Positions 53,517 through 55,663 of a stretch of DNA of 55,663 nucleotides are shown here, in pieces. Origin of the DNA: a virus; IMG/VR virus record IMGVR_UViG_3300045988_174416. One strand, written 5' to 3'. How positions within the stretch are numbered: position 1 is the first letter of the stretch; every line of letters begins with the position of its first letter. The position numbers and the translations under genes were made by a program. Under the pieces are notes generated by a model. It saw only the letters and a list, made by a program, of their open reading frames with translations, made no database searches and had not been told where the DNA came from.

Positions 53517-55663
53517 ATGTCAATGAACACACCAATAGGAAACATTACGCAAACAACTCCTATCAACTCTTTCCACGAATTGACGGAAATGCAGTTAAGT
53601 CAATATTTGTTAGGCATTAACAATATTGCTCAAGGGGACGGTGCAAGAATTACATTACAAAATCTTATCAAAGGAATTGTAAGTACAGATGAAAACAACC
53701 TTATTACGCTCGATAGCAACGGCAGATTATCGGTAACGGCTGGGGCTTTTAATACTGATACAGGTTGGGCGACTGCTCCTACGATAACTATTGACTGGTC
53801 GGCTGGTACAGTCATGGGTGTAGGGGGCGTATTTTATCTCGGAGGCGTTTTAGTGTCTGCTTTATCAAATTTTATTGCAGATGATATGCCTACCGATGTT
53901 GGAAAACATTATTTATATTACAATACGCAGACACAGGCGTTAGAATGGTCAACAGGTTATCCGACAGTGCAAAGTGATTTTGTTCATCATATTTGCGAAA
54001 TTGTTATTTTGGCTGACGGTAATAAATTTGCAATTCAAACTTGGGGGCTTGGCGGCACATCTGAAAGCGTTATTGAATATTTGAACGCTACGACAGGAAT
54101 GGTCGTATTGAGCGGTGGTCAGATTTCAAATGTTGTTACAGATACACCGCAACAAAGATACCCAGTTATAAACCAAGCAAAAATAGGTTTGGCAAACTTT
54201 TCTCAAATCCTTGCTACAACAAGCACAGGGTCAATATATATGCAAGCAAGAGCAACCGCAGAAAATGTCCTCGCTTGTGAGGGCGGTCAGGCTGAAATTG
54301 TGCCTGTAAATGTTGCGACAAACGCTCCAATGTATAACAACGATTACACATTGACGGCTCTTGAAAGCGGAAAATTTATGAATGTATGGCTCGTTGGCTT
54401 GCCTACTGCTGGCACAACTCCATACACAACAAATTATTTGTATGTTACAGGCGACACGCAATATGATGATTTGGCGAGTGCGGCTGCGGCTGACCCTGCT
54501 TTGGACAGTTCAATGCTGGCTATTGCAAATCAATTTGAAAGATATTGCACAATAGCCCGATTTACTTTAAATTATACAGGGGAGGACTTTAGCGTGATAG
54601 ATTATGGCAGAATTAGTCAAACGGCAGGAGGAGGCTCAAGTAGCGGCGGCGGTGGTGGCACTACCGGAAGTGGCAACGAGGGTATTCCTACATCTGCTTG
54701 TTACAATTTGAGAGTTGAAAGAAGTTCTGACGGCTCTAATTATTCATTAAACTGGCAAGACCCAGCGGACACAATAATTGACAACCATATTTTGTGTACT
54801 TGGGCTAAAACGATTATCGTTAGAAAAGCGGGAGCATACCCACAAAGTACAGAGGACGGTGTTGTAGTTGCGGAAAATACAACAAAAGACGCATATAATA
54901 ATACTGCTTTGGTTGATAATGTTCCAAGTACAACTGTTGAATATTATTACAGGGCTTTCCCTGTATCAGTAAATGGGGTTGTAAACCTTGACCCAAGAAA
55001 CCTTTTTGGAACGACAATTTATGGTTACTATATTGATACGGCTGATAGCAACCCAGCCACAAGAGTACACTATGTAGGTCATAACGAAAACTTTAAGTCT
55101 GCATATATGAATTACACTCTTTCTCGCTTTGTATATAGCGACTGGAAAAATGCGTTCTTTATGCCTCGTCCGGTAATGCTTAAATATGACGGAACGGTTG
55201 ACTATGAGTTAAATCCTGATAATTACGCTCAAAAGAAAGACGGAACTGCGTCAGACATAACAAATACATCTTATGCTGGTAATGTTATGGTCGGATTTCC
55301 TCAAGTTTGGCGTTATTATGAAACTGACGGCTACAAAGACTATTATTGGTTTGCTAATAGGCAAATTAATGACGCTTGGAAATGTTATACGCACATTAAC
55401 AAAGACGGCGACTTAATTCCTGAAATGTTTATGTCCGCTTATGACGCAAGTAACGTATCTGACCAATTACGTTCTTTGTCAGGTCGTGCCCCTTACAATA
55501 ATAGCACGATGACAAACGAAATTCTTTGGGCGAGTGCAAACGGCACTTACTGGACTAACGGAACGCTCGCAGATTATCTGCTTGTTAGAGATTTGCTTGT
55601 TTTAATTGGAAAATCAACCGATACTCAAACAATATTCGGAAACGGACACTATACAGGCGGCTC
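53517..55663 (+). CDS. Tail fiber / receptor-binding protein (DGR target), N-terminal and central part. It runs off the window end and continues at 56-557.
   Basis: TIR GGGGAGGACTTTACAATG. Contains a Gly/Ser linker and an FN3-like domain. No stop codon before the junction. Confidence 0.8.
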   Translation, partial: MSMNTPIGNITQTTPINSFHELTEMQLSQYLLGINNIAQGDGARITLQNLIKGIVSTDENNLITLDSNGRLSVTAGAFNTDTGWATAPTITIDWSAGTVMGVGGVFYLGGVLVSALSNFIADDMPTDVGKHYLYYNTQTQALEWSTGYPTVQSDFVHHICEIVILADGNKFAIQTWGLGGTSESVIEYLNATTGMVVLSGGQISNVVTDTPQQRYPVINQAKIGLANFSQILATTSTGSIYMQARATAENVLACEGGQAEIVPVNVATNAPMYNNDYTLTALESGKFMNVWLVGLPTAGTTPYTTNYLYVTGDTQYDDLASAAAADPALDSSMLAIANQFERYCTIARFTLNYTGEDFSVIDYGRISQTAGGGSSSGGGGGTTGSGNEGIPTSACYNLRVERSSDGSNYSLNWQDPADTIIDNHILCTWAKTIIVRKAGAYPQSTEDGVVVAENTTKDAYNNTALVDNVPSTTVEYYYRAFPVSVNGVVNLDPRNLFGTTIYGYYIDTADSNPATRVHYVGHNENFKSAYMNYTLSRFVYSDWKNAFFMPRPVMLKYDGTVDYELNPDNYAQKKDGTASDITNTSYAGNVMVGFPQVWRYYETDGYKDYYWFANRQINDAWKCYTHINKDGDLIPEMFMSAYDASNVSDQLRSLSGRAPYNNSTMTNEILWASANGTYWTNGTLADYLLVRDLLVLIGKSTDTQTIFGNGHYTGG
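55609..55663. repeat. 55-bp terminal duplication of positions 1-55 (circular closure / assembly overlap)
   Basis: Exact identity read from the sequence. Confidence 0.95.

Noticed and set aside
1-55663. Integrase / CI-like lysogeny module, CRISPR array, rRNA
   Set aside because: No tyrosine/serine recombinase motifs, no regularly spaced direct repeats, and no rRNA-like segments seen. tRNAs cannot be excluded by eye.

Overview
This window appears to be a complete, circularly closed dsDNA phage genome of about 55.6 kb. The first 55 nt (1-55) are identical to the last 55 nt (55609-55663), giving a unit length of 55,608 bp, and one gene runs through that junction. Gene content (HK97-type capsid module, tape measure protein, a tail chaperone pair with a -1 frameshift site, and a CHAP+SH3b endolysin) points to a siphovirus of a low-GC Gram-positive host. 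The layout is: (i) a plus-strand late/morphogenesis operon from 32047 through the window end, wrapping to about 5450 (terminase, portal, protease, capsid, tail, lambda-like tail tip M/L/K/I-J, tail fiber, lysis cassette, HNH); and (ii) a long minus-strand early/replication block from 30788 down to 5687 (recombination Exo+Erf-like, SF2 helicase, P-loop helicase, DnaG primase, beta-clamp homolog, three DNA-methyltransferase-like genes, VRR-NUC, GIY-YIG, and an AT-rich accessory module at 24.2-30.8 kb), driven by a conserved promoter/operator motif repeated five times. The two blocks are separated by a 1.25-kb structured noncoding region (30.8-32.0 kb). The most striking element is a complete diversity-generating retroelement (DGR). 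It has a 121-bp VR at the 3' end of the tail-fiber gene (420-540), a GC-rich hairpin just downstream, a 121-bp TR (702-822) whose differences from the VR are almost exclusively at TR adenines in AAY codons, and an adjacent DGR-type reverse transcriptase (987-2204). No recognisable Avd is present. Other findings include a -1 frameshift heptamer A_AAA_AAG in the tail chaperone and an internal SD+GTG start inside the fiber gene. No integrase, CRISPR array or rRNA was seen. tRNAs were not systematically searched. All functional calls are from motif reading by eye, not database searches.
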